Positions 21,601-28,844 of a stretch of DNA of 32,000 nucleotides are shown here, in pieces. The notes under the pieces were generated by a model. The model was not told where the DNA came from, did not search any database, and saw only the letters and a list, made by a program, of their open reading frames with translations. This DNA comes from Pseudomonas aeruginosa (lineage in GTDB: Bacteria; Pseudomonadota; Gammaproteobacteria; Pseudomonadales; Pseudomonadaceae), in the NCBI RefSeq assembly GCF_001457615.1, contig NZ_LN831024.1, positions 3,450,001-3,482,000 of the forward strand. Direction: 5' to 3'. Numbering within the stretch: position 1 is the first letter of the stretch; every line of letters starts with the position of its first letter. The position numbers were made by a program, and so were the translations under genes.

Positions 21601-23799
21601 GTCGGTGGCCGTGGCGTTGACCACGGTGCCGTTGGGCAACGGCGTGGTCGGAGTGAAGCTCCAGTTGCCGCTGCCGTCGGCGGTGACCTGCCCTATCGGG
21701 TTGCCGTTGCCGTCGGTCAGGGTCACGGTAGCGCCCGGCTCGGCGGTACCGCTGAGCGTGGTGCCGTTGCTCGGGTTGACCACTGGCGTGGCCGGTGCCA
21801 CGGCGTCCACGGTGACGCTGGCCGGCGAACTGGCGTTGCCGGACGGGTCGGTAGCCGTGGCGTTGACCACCGTGCCGTTGGGCAACGGCGTGCTCGGGGT
21901 GAAGGTCCAGTTGCCGCTGCCGTCGGCGGTGACCTGGCCAATCGGATTGCCGTTGCCGTCGGTCAGGGTCACGGTAGCGCCCGGCTCGGCGGTGCCGCTG
22001 AGGGTCGTACCGTTGCTCGGATCGACGGTGGGCGTGGCCGGCGCGACGGCATCCACGGTAACGCTGGCCGGCGGACTGCTGTTGCCGGCGGCATCCCTGG
22101 CCACCACGTTGACCACGGTACCGTCCGGCAGCGGGGTGGACGGCGTGAAAGACCAGTTGCCGTTGGCATCGGCGGTGGTCTGGCCGATCGGATTGCCATT
22201 GCCGTCGGTCAGGGTCACGCTGCTGCCCGGTTCGGCAGTCCCGCTGAGTTCGCTGCCGTTGCTCGGCTCGACCACCGGCGCGTTCGGCGCCACGCCGTCG
22301 ACGGTGATGGAGGTCGCCGGGCTGCTGTTGCCGGCGGCGTCCCTGGCCACCACATTGACCACGGTGCCATCCGGCAGTTGGCTACCGGGGGTGAAGCTCC
22401 AGTTGCCGTTGGCATCGGCGCTGGTCTGGCCGATCGGATTGCCGTTGCCGTCGGTGATCACGATGGTCACGCCCGCTTCCGCCGTACCGCTGAGGACGCT
22501 GCCGTTGCTGGCATTGACCTGGGGCGCGTCGGGGAAGTCGGGAGCTTCGGCGGTGACCGGGGTGCTGCTGTTGCCGGCCGGGTCGGTAACGATCACCGTC
22601 ACCGTCTCGCCATTGGTCAGCGGCGGGTTCAGCGGGACCTCGAAGCTGCCGCCGGGGCCGACCACCACGGTGGTGTCCGGCTGGCCGTCGCCATCGGTGT
22701 CGACACCGACGGTGGCGCCCGGCTCTGCGTTGCCGGTGACGCTGCTGCCGTCCGGCGCCACCTGCACGTCGGTGGCCGGCGCCGGGGCTGTGGTGTCCGG
22801 CGCCTCGACGGTCACCGGGGTGCTGTTGTTGCCGGCCGGGTCGGTAACGATCACCGTCACCGTCTCGCCATTGGTCAGCGGCGGGTTCAGCGGAACCTCG
22901 AAGCTGCCGCCGGGGCCGACCACCACGGTGGTGTCCGGCTGGCCGTCGCCGTCGGTATCGACGCCCACCGTCGAGCCGGGTTCGGCCTTGCCGGTGACGC
23001 TGCTGCCGTCCGGCGCCACCTGCACGTCGGTAGCCGGCGCCGGGGCGGTAGTGTCCGGAGCGGTGACCTGGGCCGGCGGGCTGGCGTTGCCAGCCGGGTC
23101 AGTGACCACCACGGTGACCGTCTGGCCATTGGTCAGCGGCGGGTTCAGCGGAGCGGTGAAATTGCCGTTGGCATCGGCGATCACGGTGAGGTCCGGCTTG
23201 CCGTCGCCATTGGTATCGATGCCGACGCTCGCGCCGGCCTCGGCCTGGCCGCTGATGCTGCTGCCGTCAGGCGCTATCTTCAGGCCGCTGGCCGCCTTCG
23301 GCGGAGTGGTGTCCGGGGGCACCGAAGAACCGCCGCCGCCACCGCCACCGCTGCTGTTGGAAATCGCCACCCCGGCGCCGATGGCCGCCGCACCGACCAG
23401 CAGCGCAGTCCCTGCGCTCATGCCACCGAGCACACCGGCGCCGGTCAGCGACTCGAAACCGGCCAGGCTTTCCTGCGGGATGTAGCCGGCCATCAGCGGC
23501 CCGTCGGCGGCGACCGGCGGCAGGTCTACCGCCACCAGCTTATCCTTGTCGGCCAGGAACAGCTGGCTGGAAGGCTGGCCTTCCGCATAGAAGTTGGCGA
23601 TGCGTACGCTTTCCCCGGTCTTCAGTTGGACGATCAGGTCCGAACCGCTCTTCGAGTATCCCGCCACCGACTCCGGTGCGACATCGAGCGCGACATTACT
23701 GCTCTGGGAGAGTTTGAGTATCCCGTTTTCCGGAACCTCGACGGCAGCCGCAGAAGAAATACTCTGATCGATAGGGGTAACTTTCGCCTGGATCGACAT
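15655..23799 (-). CDS. Giant BapA-like type I-secreted adhesin (about 2714 aa)
   Basis: ORF 15655..23844; start at 23799 (MSIQAKVTPIDQS) preferred because AGAGGA lies at good spacing; 23808 is an alternative. BapA-prefix-like N-terminus, Gly-rich linker, 3 + 21 Ig-like repeats, RTX-like C-terminus. Encoded with its own T1SS genes. Confidence 0.95.
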   Translation of the reverse strand: MSIQAKVTPIDQSISSAAAVEVPENGILKLSQSSNVALDVAPESVAGYSKSGSDLIVQLKTGESVRIANFYAEGQPSSQLFLADKDKLVAVDLPPVAADGPLMAGYIPQESLAGFESLTGAGVLGGMSAGTALLVGAAAIGAGVAISNSSGGGGGGGSSVPPDTTPPKAASGLKIAPDGSSISGQAEAGASVGIDTNGDGKPDLTVIADANGNFTAPLNPPLTNGQTVTVVVTDPAGNASPPAQVTAPDTTAPAPATDVQVAPDGSSVTGKAEPGSTVGVDTDGDGQPDTTVVVGPGGSFEVPLNPPLTNGETVTVIVTDPAGNNSTPVTVEAPDTTAPAPATDVQVAPDGSSVTGNAEPGATVGVDTDGDGQPDTTVVVGPGGSFEVPLNPPLTNGETVTVIVTDPAGNSSTPVTAEAPDFPDAPQVNASNGSVLSGTAEAGVTIVITDGNGNPIGQTSADANGNWSFTPGSQLPDGTVVNVVARDAAGNSSPATSITVDGVAPNAPVVEPSNGSELSGTAEPGSSVTLTDGNGNPIGQTTADANGNWSFTPSTPLPDGTVVNVVARDAAGNSSPPASVTVDAVAPATPTVDPSNGTTLSGTAEPGATVTLTDGNGNPIGQVTADGSGNWTFTPSTPLPNGTVVNATATDPSGNASSPASVTVDAVAPATPVVNPSNGTTLSGTAEPGATVTLTDGNGNPIGQVTADGSGNWSFTPTTPLPNGTVVNATATDASGNTSAGSSVTVDSVAPATPVINPSNGTTLSGTAEPGSSVTLTDGNGNPIGQVTADGSGNWSFTPSTPLADGTVVNATATDPAGNTSGQGSTTVDGVAPTTPTVNLSNGSSLSGTAEPGSTVILTDGNGNPIAEVTADGSGNWTYTPSTPIANGTVVNVVAQDAAGNSSPGASVTVDSQAPAAPVLNPSNGTTLSGTAEPGATVTLTDGNGNPIGQVTADGSGNWSFTPGTPLANGTVVNATASDPTGNTSAPASTTVDSVAPAAPVVNPSNGAEISGTAEPGATVTLTDGSGNPIGQVTADGSGNWSFTPSTPLADGTVVNATATDPAGNTGGQGSTTVDAIAPATPTVNLSNGSSLSGTAEPGSTVILTDGNGNPIAEVTADGSGNWTYTPSTPIANGTVVNVVAEDAAGNSSPPATVTVDSSAPPAPVINPSNGVVISGTAEAGATVTLTDAGGNPIGQVTADGSGNWSFTPGTPLANGTVIVATATDPTGNTGPQAATTVDAVAPPAPVIDPSNGTTISGTAEAGAKVILTDGNGNPIGETTADGSGNWTFTPATPLANGTVVNAVAQDPAGNTGPQGSTTVDAVAPNTPVVNPSNGNLLNGTAEPGSTVTLTDGNGNPIGQTTADGSGNWSFTPGSQLPNGTVVNVTASDAAGNTSAPATTTVDSSLPSIPQVDPSNGSVISGTADAGNTIIITDGNGNPIGQVTADGSGNWSFTPGIPLPDGTVVNVVARSPSNVDSAPAVITVDGVAPAAPVIDPSNGTEISGTAEAGATVILTDGGGNPIGQATADGSGNWTFTPGTPLANGTVINAVAQDPAGNTSGPASVTVDAIAPPAPVIDPSNGVVISGTAEAGATVILTDGNGNPIGQVTADGSGNWAFTPATPLANGTVINALAQDAAGNNSSPTSATVDSLAPAAPVIDPSNGSVIAGTAEAGATVILTDGNGNPIGQVTADGSGNWSFTPGTPLANGTVVNAVAQDAAGNTSGPASTTVDSVAPAAPVIDPSNGSVIAGTAEAGATVILTDGGGNPIGQATADGSGNWTFTPSTPLANGTVINAVAQDPAGNTSGPASVTVDAIAPPAPVINPSNGVVISGTAEAGATVILTDGNGNPIGQVTADGSGNWSFTPGTPLANGSVINALAQDAAGNTSGPASTTVDSVAPATPVLDPSNGTVISGTAEAGATVILTDGGGNPIGQATADGSGNWSFTPGTPLTNGTVINAVAQDAAGNTSGPVSTTVDAVAPATPVIDPSNGVELSGTAEPGVRVILTDGNGNPIGQTLADGSGNWTFTPGTPLVNGTVVNAVAQDPAGNTSGPASTTVDTVAPATPVINASNGSVITGTAEVGAKVILTDGNGNPIGETTADGSGNWTFTPGTPLANGTVINAVAEDAAGNASGPASTTVDSVAPSAPLLSISADGALLTGTAEPNSQVRIVVNGDTANPITVTVDGAGNFSLPFAPPLITGELIAGVAVDAAGNVSGPATINAPDLAPPTISVPEAADTWINAAEIGDGIQVDVTVRPTMQVGQVVTVKFAGQNGYEAEVSHTLTAGDIAAGNLTLTLTPPGGMGPFPEGASTVTADINGGTASTPVPFTIDTIPPATPVLSLVGNILTISAEPGTELTVTVDVGGVTATATVTADNSGLASLNLLTDLDIDFSWDQLLNAQVSVVGRDPAGNPSNTASIGVGTSIEQPVTIGNFGLDVSLNPLNPRFGFSGTTEPDSSVVIRVITPALNVELLPIQADSSGNFSLNLLSPTILTQLGLNITDILNLGSQISFNLVSTDSNGNDSAAYGITLTPNGLSLNIGQIDVNGTSGDDVLSGANGSSEHINGGDGSDLIFNVGTGDHVVAGNGNDTIQITATDFVSIDGGAGFDTLVLANGIDLDYNAVGVGTLSNLERIDLGKGDSGSVLTLTAAEVDAITDANNTLQITGENNDTLNVVGAVNTGTTQLINGITYDVYTFGSTTLLIEDNTVQVVV
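15990..16165 (-). other. RTX-like C-terminal segment of the adhesin (approximate bounds)
   Basis: Protein GTSGDDVLSGANGSSEHINGGDGSDLIFNVGTGDHVVAGNGNDTIQI resembles GGxGxDxux RTX nonapeptides before a T1SS C-terminal signal region. Confidence 0.7.
17371..22536 (-). repeat. 21 tandem 246-bp (82-aa) Big/Ig-like repeats in adhesin gene
   Basis: Unit consensus APATPVxxPSNGTxISGTAEAGATVxLTDGNGNPIGQVTADGSGNWSFTPGTPLANGTVVNAVAQDAAGNTSGPASTTVDSV. The span between anchored codons at 22536 and 17371 is exactly 21 x 246 bp, so there is no net indel. Confidence 0.93.
22537..23304 (-). repeat. Three longer N-terminal repeats (84-86 aa) with DxDGDGxPD loops
   Basis: APAPATDVQVAPDGSSVTGKAEPGSTVGVDTDGDGQPDTTVVVGPGGSFEVPLNPPLTNGETVTVIVTDPAGN twice, nearly identical, plus a diverged first copy (GIDTNGDGKPDLTV). 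Confidence 0.85.
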
Positions 23800-23859
23800 T
23801 TCCGACATTCCTCTTGTCAAGCAGCGACCGAACGGCCGCACCATGTAATCCAGAAATAG

Positions 23860-24110
23860 CAGCTTTTAAATAAAAGGCGAGTCTGACTTTATATATAACG
23901 ACTAAGAAAACCCCCATGAAAAATTCAATTTAGATAACCCCTGGAAAACATGCAGCCATTTAGCCATCACACGCCTATCTAATTGATAAACAATATATAA
24001 TCAAAAAGTTATAATACTTTATAAACAACCCCCATCACCTGGCACGGCAAATCGACTAAATAACCCAGCGGGCAAATATCAGAACTCTACGATGCGTATT
24101 TCATAAAAAA
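23860..24110. promoter_or_regulatory. AT-rich intergenic promoter region between the adhesin operon and the CorA/ZntB-like gene
   Basis: Strikingly AT-rich by eye (for example gataaacaatatataatcaaaaagttataatactttataaac) inside a very GC-rich window; contains several TATAAT-like hexamers. Confidence 0.65.
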
Positions 24111-24299
24111 CCGGGAGAAATGAAATAGCACTTCCCGGCACCTCGTAGTTCGTCGGCGCGAGGCGACGGCAAGACGACCCCGACAGTTCCAACGGAAAGC
24201 ATCGCCGGGCATCCCGCGAAGCGGCCTTCATCGTCCTGCAATCAAAGCGTCATCGTCACGATGCCAAGTTATCCAACCGATCCTCTCCCGCGAGCGACC

Positions 24300-25322
24300 A
24301 TGCATCACGGTATCTCCCCGCCCCAGGACGCCGACCTGTTCGGCCTGATCTACGGTTTCCGTTTCCGCCCCGGCGAAGCGGGGCGGGAAATCGACTCGGC
24401 TACCGCCCTCGCCTGCCTGCGGCAGGCTCGCGAGGAGGCGCCGGACGAGTTCCTCTGGCTGCACCTGAACCTCGCCCATGCCGCCTGCGAGCGCTGGATG
24501 AAGAAGCATCTGGAACTGCCGGATTATTTCTTCGAAAGCCTGCGCGAGGGGTCGCGCTCGACGCGCATCGAACACGTCGACTCGGCGCTGCTGGCAGTGG
24601 TCAACGACGTGGTCTTCAACTTCGGCCTGGTCTCTTCGGACGTCGCCACCCTGTGGGTCTGCGCCCGTGGCCGGCTGCTGGTCAGTGCACGAGCGCAACC
24701 GCTGCGCTCGGTGGACAAGCTGCGCTCTTCGGTGAAGCACGGCGAACCTTTCCGTTCGCCCCTGCAGTTGCTGATCCACCTGTTGCGCGACCAGGGCGAC
24801 GTGCTGACCCAGATCGTCCGCGAAACCAGCGTCGCAGTGGACCGCATCGAGGACCAGCTACTGGCCCTGCGCCTCTCCGCCAACCGCGCCGACCTCGGCG
24901 CCATGCGGCGCGTGCTGGTACGCCTGCAACGCCTGCTGGCGCTGGAGCCCGGTTCGCTGCTGCGCCTGCTCAACCGACCGCCGGAATGGCTACAGGATGC
25001 CGACCTGCGTGAGTTGCGCGAAGCCACCGAGGAGTTCTCCCTGGTGATCAGCGACCTGACCGCCCTGGGCGAACGGATCAAGCTGCTGCAGGAAGAGATC
25101 GCGGCCAAGCTCAACGAACAGAACAACCGCATCCTCTTCACCCTGACCATGGTCACGGTGCTGGCCCTGCCGATCAACATCGTCGCCGGCTTCTTCGGCA
25201 TGAACGTCGGCGGGATTCCCTTCGCCGACGATCCTGAAGGCTTCTGGATCATGCTCGTGCTGGTCGCCAGCTTCACCTTCCTCGCCGGCCGCTGGGCCTT
25301 CCGCAAGCGCGGCGACTATTGA
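24300..25322 (+). CDS. CorA/ZntB-like divalent metal transporter
   Basis: 340 aa from MHHGISPPQ; C-terminus has two TM segments and the GMN motif (INIVAGFFGMNVGGIPF). Confidence 0.88.
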   Translation: MHHGISPPQDADLFGLIYGFRFRPGEAGREIDSATALACLRQAREEAPDEFLWLHLNLAHAACERWMKKHLELPDYFFESLREGSRSTRIEHVDSALLAVVNDVVFNFGLVSSDVATLWVCARGRLLVSARAQPLRSVDKLRSSVKHGEPFRSPLQLLIHLLRDQGDVLTQIVRETSVAVDRIEDQLLALRLSANRADLGAMRRVLVRLQRLLALEPGSLLRLLNRPPEWLQDADLRELREATEEFSLVISDLTALGERIKLLQEEIAAKLNEQNNRILFTLTMVTVLALPINIVAGFFGMNVGGIPFADDPEGFWIMLVLVASFTFLAGRWAFRKRGDY

Positions 25323-25382
25323 GCGTGGACAACGCCGGCGGACAGTGGTTAGGTTGACCGACCACCGTCAGCCGGACCTTCC

Positions 25383-26174
25383 ATGAGCCTTTCCCCCGCC
25401 GATCTCAAGCAACTCCAGGCCGCCAAGAACCTGCTGGAGAACCCTGGACTCACCGCGCAACTCACCAGCCTGCTGGGCACGCCGATCGAATACGGCCTGA
25501 AGAAGCTGCCGCGGAAGGTCAACGAGAAGCTCGGTTCGGTGATCGAGGGAGCGCTGCTGAAAGTCGCCCGCTCGGCCACCGCCACTCTCCAGGAAAACGC
25601 CAGCGGTCAACCGGCGAACCGCCTGCATACCCTCGGCGCCGCCGTTTCCGGTGGCGTCGGCGGCTTCTTCGGGCCGCTGGCGATGCTGGTCGAGGTGCCG
25701 GTCACCACCGGCATCATCTTCCGTTCCATCGCCGACATCGCGCGCAGCGAGGGCGAGTCGATCAGGGACATGGACACCCTGATGGCCTGTATCGAAGTCT
25801 TCGCCCTCGGCGGCAAATCCGCCTCGGACGACGCGTCGGAGTCCGGCTACTACGCGGTGCGTACGGCGCTGGCCCAGCAGGTCAAGGCGGCTGCCGACTT
25901 CCTCGGCAAGGACGCCGGCAGCAAGAAGGCCGCGCCGATGCTCCTGGCCCTGGTGCGCAAGGTCGCCGAGCGCCTGGGCGTGCAGTATTCGGAAAAGCTT
26001 GCGGCGCAGATCGTGCCCATCGTCGGTGCCCTCGGCGGCGCGGCGATCAACACGGTGTTCATGAACCATTTCCAGGCCATGGCGCGCGGTCACTTCGTCG
26101 TCCGCCGCCTGGAACGCCACTACGGCAAGGATGTGGTTCGCGACGCCTACGCCCTGCTGCCCCGGCGCGGCTGA
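25383..26174 (+). CDS. EcsC-family protein
   Basis: 263 aa; PIEYGLKKLPRKVNEKLGSVIEGALLKVARSATATL...GGFFGPLAMLVEVPVTTGIIFRSIADIARSEGE, typical EcsC-family sequence. Confidence 0.75.
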   Translation: MSLSPADLKQLQAAKNLLENPGLTAQLTSLLGTPIEYGLKKLPRKVNEKLGSVIEGALLKVARSATATLQENASGQPANRLHTLGAAVSGGVGGFFGPLAMLVEVPVTTGIIFRSIADIARSEGESIRDMDTLMACIEVFALGGKSASDDASESGYYAVRTALAQQVKAAADFLGKDAGSKKAAPMLLALVRKVAERLGVQYSEKLAAQIVPIVGALGGAAINTVFMNHFQAMARGHFVVRRLERHYGKDVVRDAYALLPRRG

Positions 26175-26288
26175 GCATGCCGGCCCACGCGGTCAGCCTG
26201 GCGCCGGGCGCGGCGGCAGCGACGCGCCAGCTGTTCAGCGCCGTTTCGCTCGCGGCGGAGCCCGGCTGGAGCCGGGCCCCGCGCCGAC

Positions 26289-27545
26289 TCAGAGCGCCAG
26301 GCCGGGGTTGTACAACGGACGGAAAGCGCAATGGGTGGTGCCGGCGCTCTGGTTGTAGAAATAGTAGCGGCGACAGTCGTTGTCGTAGTTGCTGGTGCCG
26401 ACGTTGATCCGGTACGGACCGAAGCTGGCGCCCTGCAGGGAAACGAAGGCGCCGTTGTAGAGCAGCGAGAAATGCAGGTGCGGTCCGGTGGAGCTGCCAC
26501 CCTCGCAGAGCGCGGTGTTGATGTTGCCGGCATAGACGCCGAGCTTGGTGTCGGCGCTGACCTGCTGGCCGTTGCTCACCTGGATCTGGTCCATATGGTA
26601 GTAGTTGGTCGCCCAGCCGCTGGGGTGGGTCACCCGTACCTGGCAGCGCGACAGCACCCGTACCGTACCGGCGTGGGCGGCGACCACGCTGTAGGTCGCA
26701 CTGCCCCAGCGCGGCCAGTCGTAGGACGCATCGAAGGACGAGTACGGATAGCCCGAGCCGGTGTTCGAATGCGCTCCGTTGGGCTGCCAGGAATAGCCCT
26801 GGCGCCAGGGCAATTGCATCAGGTTGGATGGCGGCGCCAGCGCGGCCTTCGCCTGGAGTTGCCGGGCCACGCGGTTGCGCGGCTGCAGGAGTTCCGCGGC
26901 CGGGGTGCCGAACAGGCGCTGGAAGGTCTGCGCGTAGGCGCCGAGCGGATTGCCGCCTTGCACGGCGGAGGCCTTCGCCCCCTCTCGCAACAGACCGAGC
27001 AGCGCGGCCGATGCCGCGTTCAGGCCGTCCTCGCCGACGGCCTTGCGCGCAGCCGCCTGGCGCAACTGGTATTCCTCGAAACCGTAGTAGCGCCGCGACA
27101 ACTGCTGCAACACGTCGCGTACCTGGGCATCGAAGCCGCGTTTCGCCGACAGCCGCCCCAGCGGCGCCGCCAAGGCGCGCTCGTCCGGCGCCCCCAACGG
27201 CCCGGACTGCATGGCCATCAGGGTCAACAACACTTTCGGGTTGATGCTGTAGTAGCCGCTCCAGTGCTCCAAGTATTCGCTCTTGTCGCGCAGCGCCGGC
27301 GCATTCACCGCCAGGTAGGCCTCGAGGTCGAACGCCTCGGCGTCGCGACCGTAGAGGAACAGGTCGTCATTCAGCGGCAGGGCCACGCTGGGCAGTTGCA
27401 ACTGGCCGAGTAACTCCGCCGAATAGCGGAAGGCCGGCAGGCCATCGTCATGGGCATTGGCCGTACCGCCCACGGCGAGCGCCAGCAAGACGAAGAGGAA
27501 CGGCGAGCGCGAACTCGCCATCGCGCGGGATCTTTTGTGCTGCAT
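26289..27545 (-). CDS. lasA: LasA protease (staphylolysin) precursor, M23 family
   Basis: 418 aa from MQHKRSRAMASSR; signal peptide; M23 metalloprotease motifs (HSNTGSGYPYSSFD, NYYHMDQIQVSNGQQV, GSSTGPHLHFSLLYNG). Confidence 0.98.
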   Translation of the reverse strand: MQHKRSRAMASSRSPFLFVLLALAVGGTANAHDDGLPAFRYSAELLGQLQLPSVALPLNDDLFLYGRDAEAFDLEAYLAVNAPALRDKSEYLEHWSGYYSINPKVLLTLMAMQSGPLGAPDERALAAPLGRLSAKRGFDAQVRDVLQQLSRRYYGFEEYQLRQAAARKAVGEDGLNAASAALLGLLREGAKASAVQGGNPLGAYAQTFQRLFGTPAAELLQPRNRVARQLQAKAALAPPSNLMQLPWRQGYSWQPNGAHSNTGSGYPYSSFDASYDWPRWGSATYSVVAAHAGTVRVLSRCQVRVTHPSGWATNYYHMDQIQVSNGQQVSADTKLGVYAGNINTALCEGGSSTGPHLHFSLLYNGAFVSLQGASFGPYRINVGTSNYDNDCRRYYFYNQSAGTTHCAFRPLYNPGLAL

Positions 27546-27696
27546 GGGTAGCTCCTGGTCATCGAAGGGAAACCTTGAAAGCCAGCAGCCCGGCGACATC
27601 GCCTCCGACGGGATAGCCTGGTCCGCTCCGCCGGTATTTCGCCCAGGCCGGGTTGCACGCCGCAGGACCGTGCAACGCCGTCACCCGGGAAGACAA

Positions 27697-27712
27697 CTAT
27701 CAGCTTTTGCAG
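27697..27712. promoter_or_regulatory. Candidate las/rhl box (CT-N12-AG) upstream of lasA
   Basis: CTATCAGCTTTTGCAG, read on the minus strand CTGCAAAAGCTGATAG; about 150 bp upstream of the lasA start. Matches the CT-N12-AG core. Confidence 0.6.
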
Positions 27713-27826
27713 TAGATCCGGTGCCCCGCTCCGTCCGGCTGTAAAGCGTGCGGCAGCGCACTCCAACCGAGCCGAATCGATCACAGAACGCCAGGCGTCG
27801 GAAATACTTCGATACAGTCTGCGCGC

Positions 27827-28252
27827 TCAGCGTTCCTCGTCGGAGGAACCGTCGAGCGGATCACGACGCGCCAGCTCGGCCTCGTCGAGGCCGTGGCCGG
27901 CTCCGATCTCGTTGCCATGCACGACCCTCAGGCGCTTGTCCGCGGGCGATTCGCCGCCGCGCTCGGCCGGCGAGCGGGCGCCGCTTTCGTCGATCAGGGT
28001 TTCCGGCGCCAGATCGTCCATGCCGACGTTATCCTGGTAACCATCGTCCTCGTCCGGCTGCCCGCCAGCGTGGCCCGCCTCGCGTACCCGCCGCGAGGAA
28101 AATTCGGCCTCCACCTCGGCCTCGGGCCGCTCGTCGCCGATCCGCGCCTTACGCGCCTGGCGGCGCTCGTCGAAATCGAGCTCGCGCATCGAACCCATGC
28201 GGTCCTGGATATCATCGATTTCCTGGGGTGTTGTTTTCCGTCGTGTAGCCAT
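27827..28252 (-). CDS. Small highly charged conserved hypothetical protein
   Basis: 141 aa from MATRRKTTPQEIDDIQDRMG; acidic, low complexity C-terminal half. Confidence 0.7.
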   Translation of the reverse strand: MATRRKTTPQEIDDIQDRMGSMRELDFDERRQARKARIGDERPEAEVEAEFSSRRVREAGHAGGQPDEDDGYQDNVGMDDLAPETLIDESGARSPAERGGESPADKRLRVVHGNEIGAGHGLDEAELARRDPLDGSSDEER

Positions 28253-28383
28253 GACGACCTCCGTTACGAATGGCGGGCACGCGCCGGGAATGGCACGCTG
28301 CCCTTGTTCGGTCGACCGGCGAGGCGCGGGAAGATTCAGGAAATCCAACCGACGGCGGCCGCCTCGCAATCGCGGCGGCGGGC

Positions 28384-28426
28384 AAAAAAAAGCCGGATCG
28401 GCCCGGGGCGGGCTGGACGATCCGGC
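28384..28426 (-). terminator. Rho-independent terminator downstream of acyl carrier protein gene
   Basis: GCCGGATCG (28392..28400) and CGATCCGGC (28418..28426) form a 9-bp perfect stem, followed on the minus strand by a T-run (aaaaaaaa at 28384..28391). Confidence 0.85.
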
Positions 28427-28534
28427 GTAATCGAAGCGCGGGACGTCGCGCACCTTGCCGCCGGCACGGGCGGGAGGTGGCGCACAGCGTTTCGCAGGGA
28501 ATGACCACGGCATCGGCCGGTGGTCCAGGGGGAG

Positions 28535-28774
28535 TCAGGTCGGCACGGCTTCCTCGAGATAGTCGATGGCCTGGCGCACGGTCTCGATCCGTTCCGCATC
28601 GTCATCGGCGATCTCGACGCCGAACTCCGCTTCCAGGGCCATGACCAGTTCGACTACCTCGAGCGACTCGGCACCGAAGTCGTTACGGAAGTCGCTGTCC
28701 AGCCGGATGTCGCATTCCTCCACGCCGAACCGGGCGGCTACCAGTTTCCTCACTCTGGTCTCGATGTCGTCCAT
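28535..28774 (-). CDS. Acyl carrier protein (atypical, orphan)
   Basis: 79 aa [79 protein letters not shown]; phosphopantetheine attachment region GAESLE. The ORF-track start at 28945 is too far upstream. Confidence 0.92.
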   Translation of the reverse strand: MDDIETRVRKLVAARFGVEECDIRLDSDFRNDFGAESLEVVELVMALEAEFGVEIADDDAERIETVRQAIDYLEEAVPT

Positions 28775-28844
28775 GCATTGCGGTCCCACTGCCCGGCCCT
28801 GGAAAAAAGTGCGGCTACTAAAGCCTCCGTCCCCGCCAGCGACA

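Noticed and set aside
17371-22536. Regular tandem repeats considered as a CRISPR array or noncoding satellite
   Set aside because: The 246-bp periodicity keeps one open reading frame with an 82-aa Ig-like domain; there are no spacers and no cas genes.
15742-23859. Very long + strand ORFs (15742..19671, 19672..23859, and 17315..20428, 21173..23485) inside the adhesin gene
   Set aside because: They are antisense frames of a 246-bp in-register repeat with high GC: one open frame repeats and stays open. Translations are low complexity and lack starts, SDs or family features.
26260-26277. GCCCGGC-TGGA-GCCGGGC hairpin between the EcsC-family gene and lasA as a bidirectional terminator
   Set aside because: Perfect 7-bp stem in the right place, but without a T-run on either side; in GC-rich DNA this is weak evidence, so it was not listed as a terminator.
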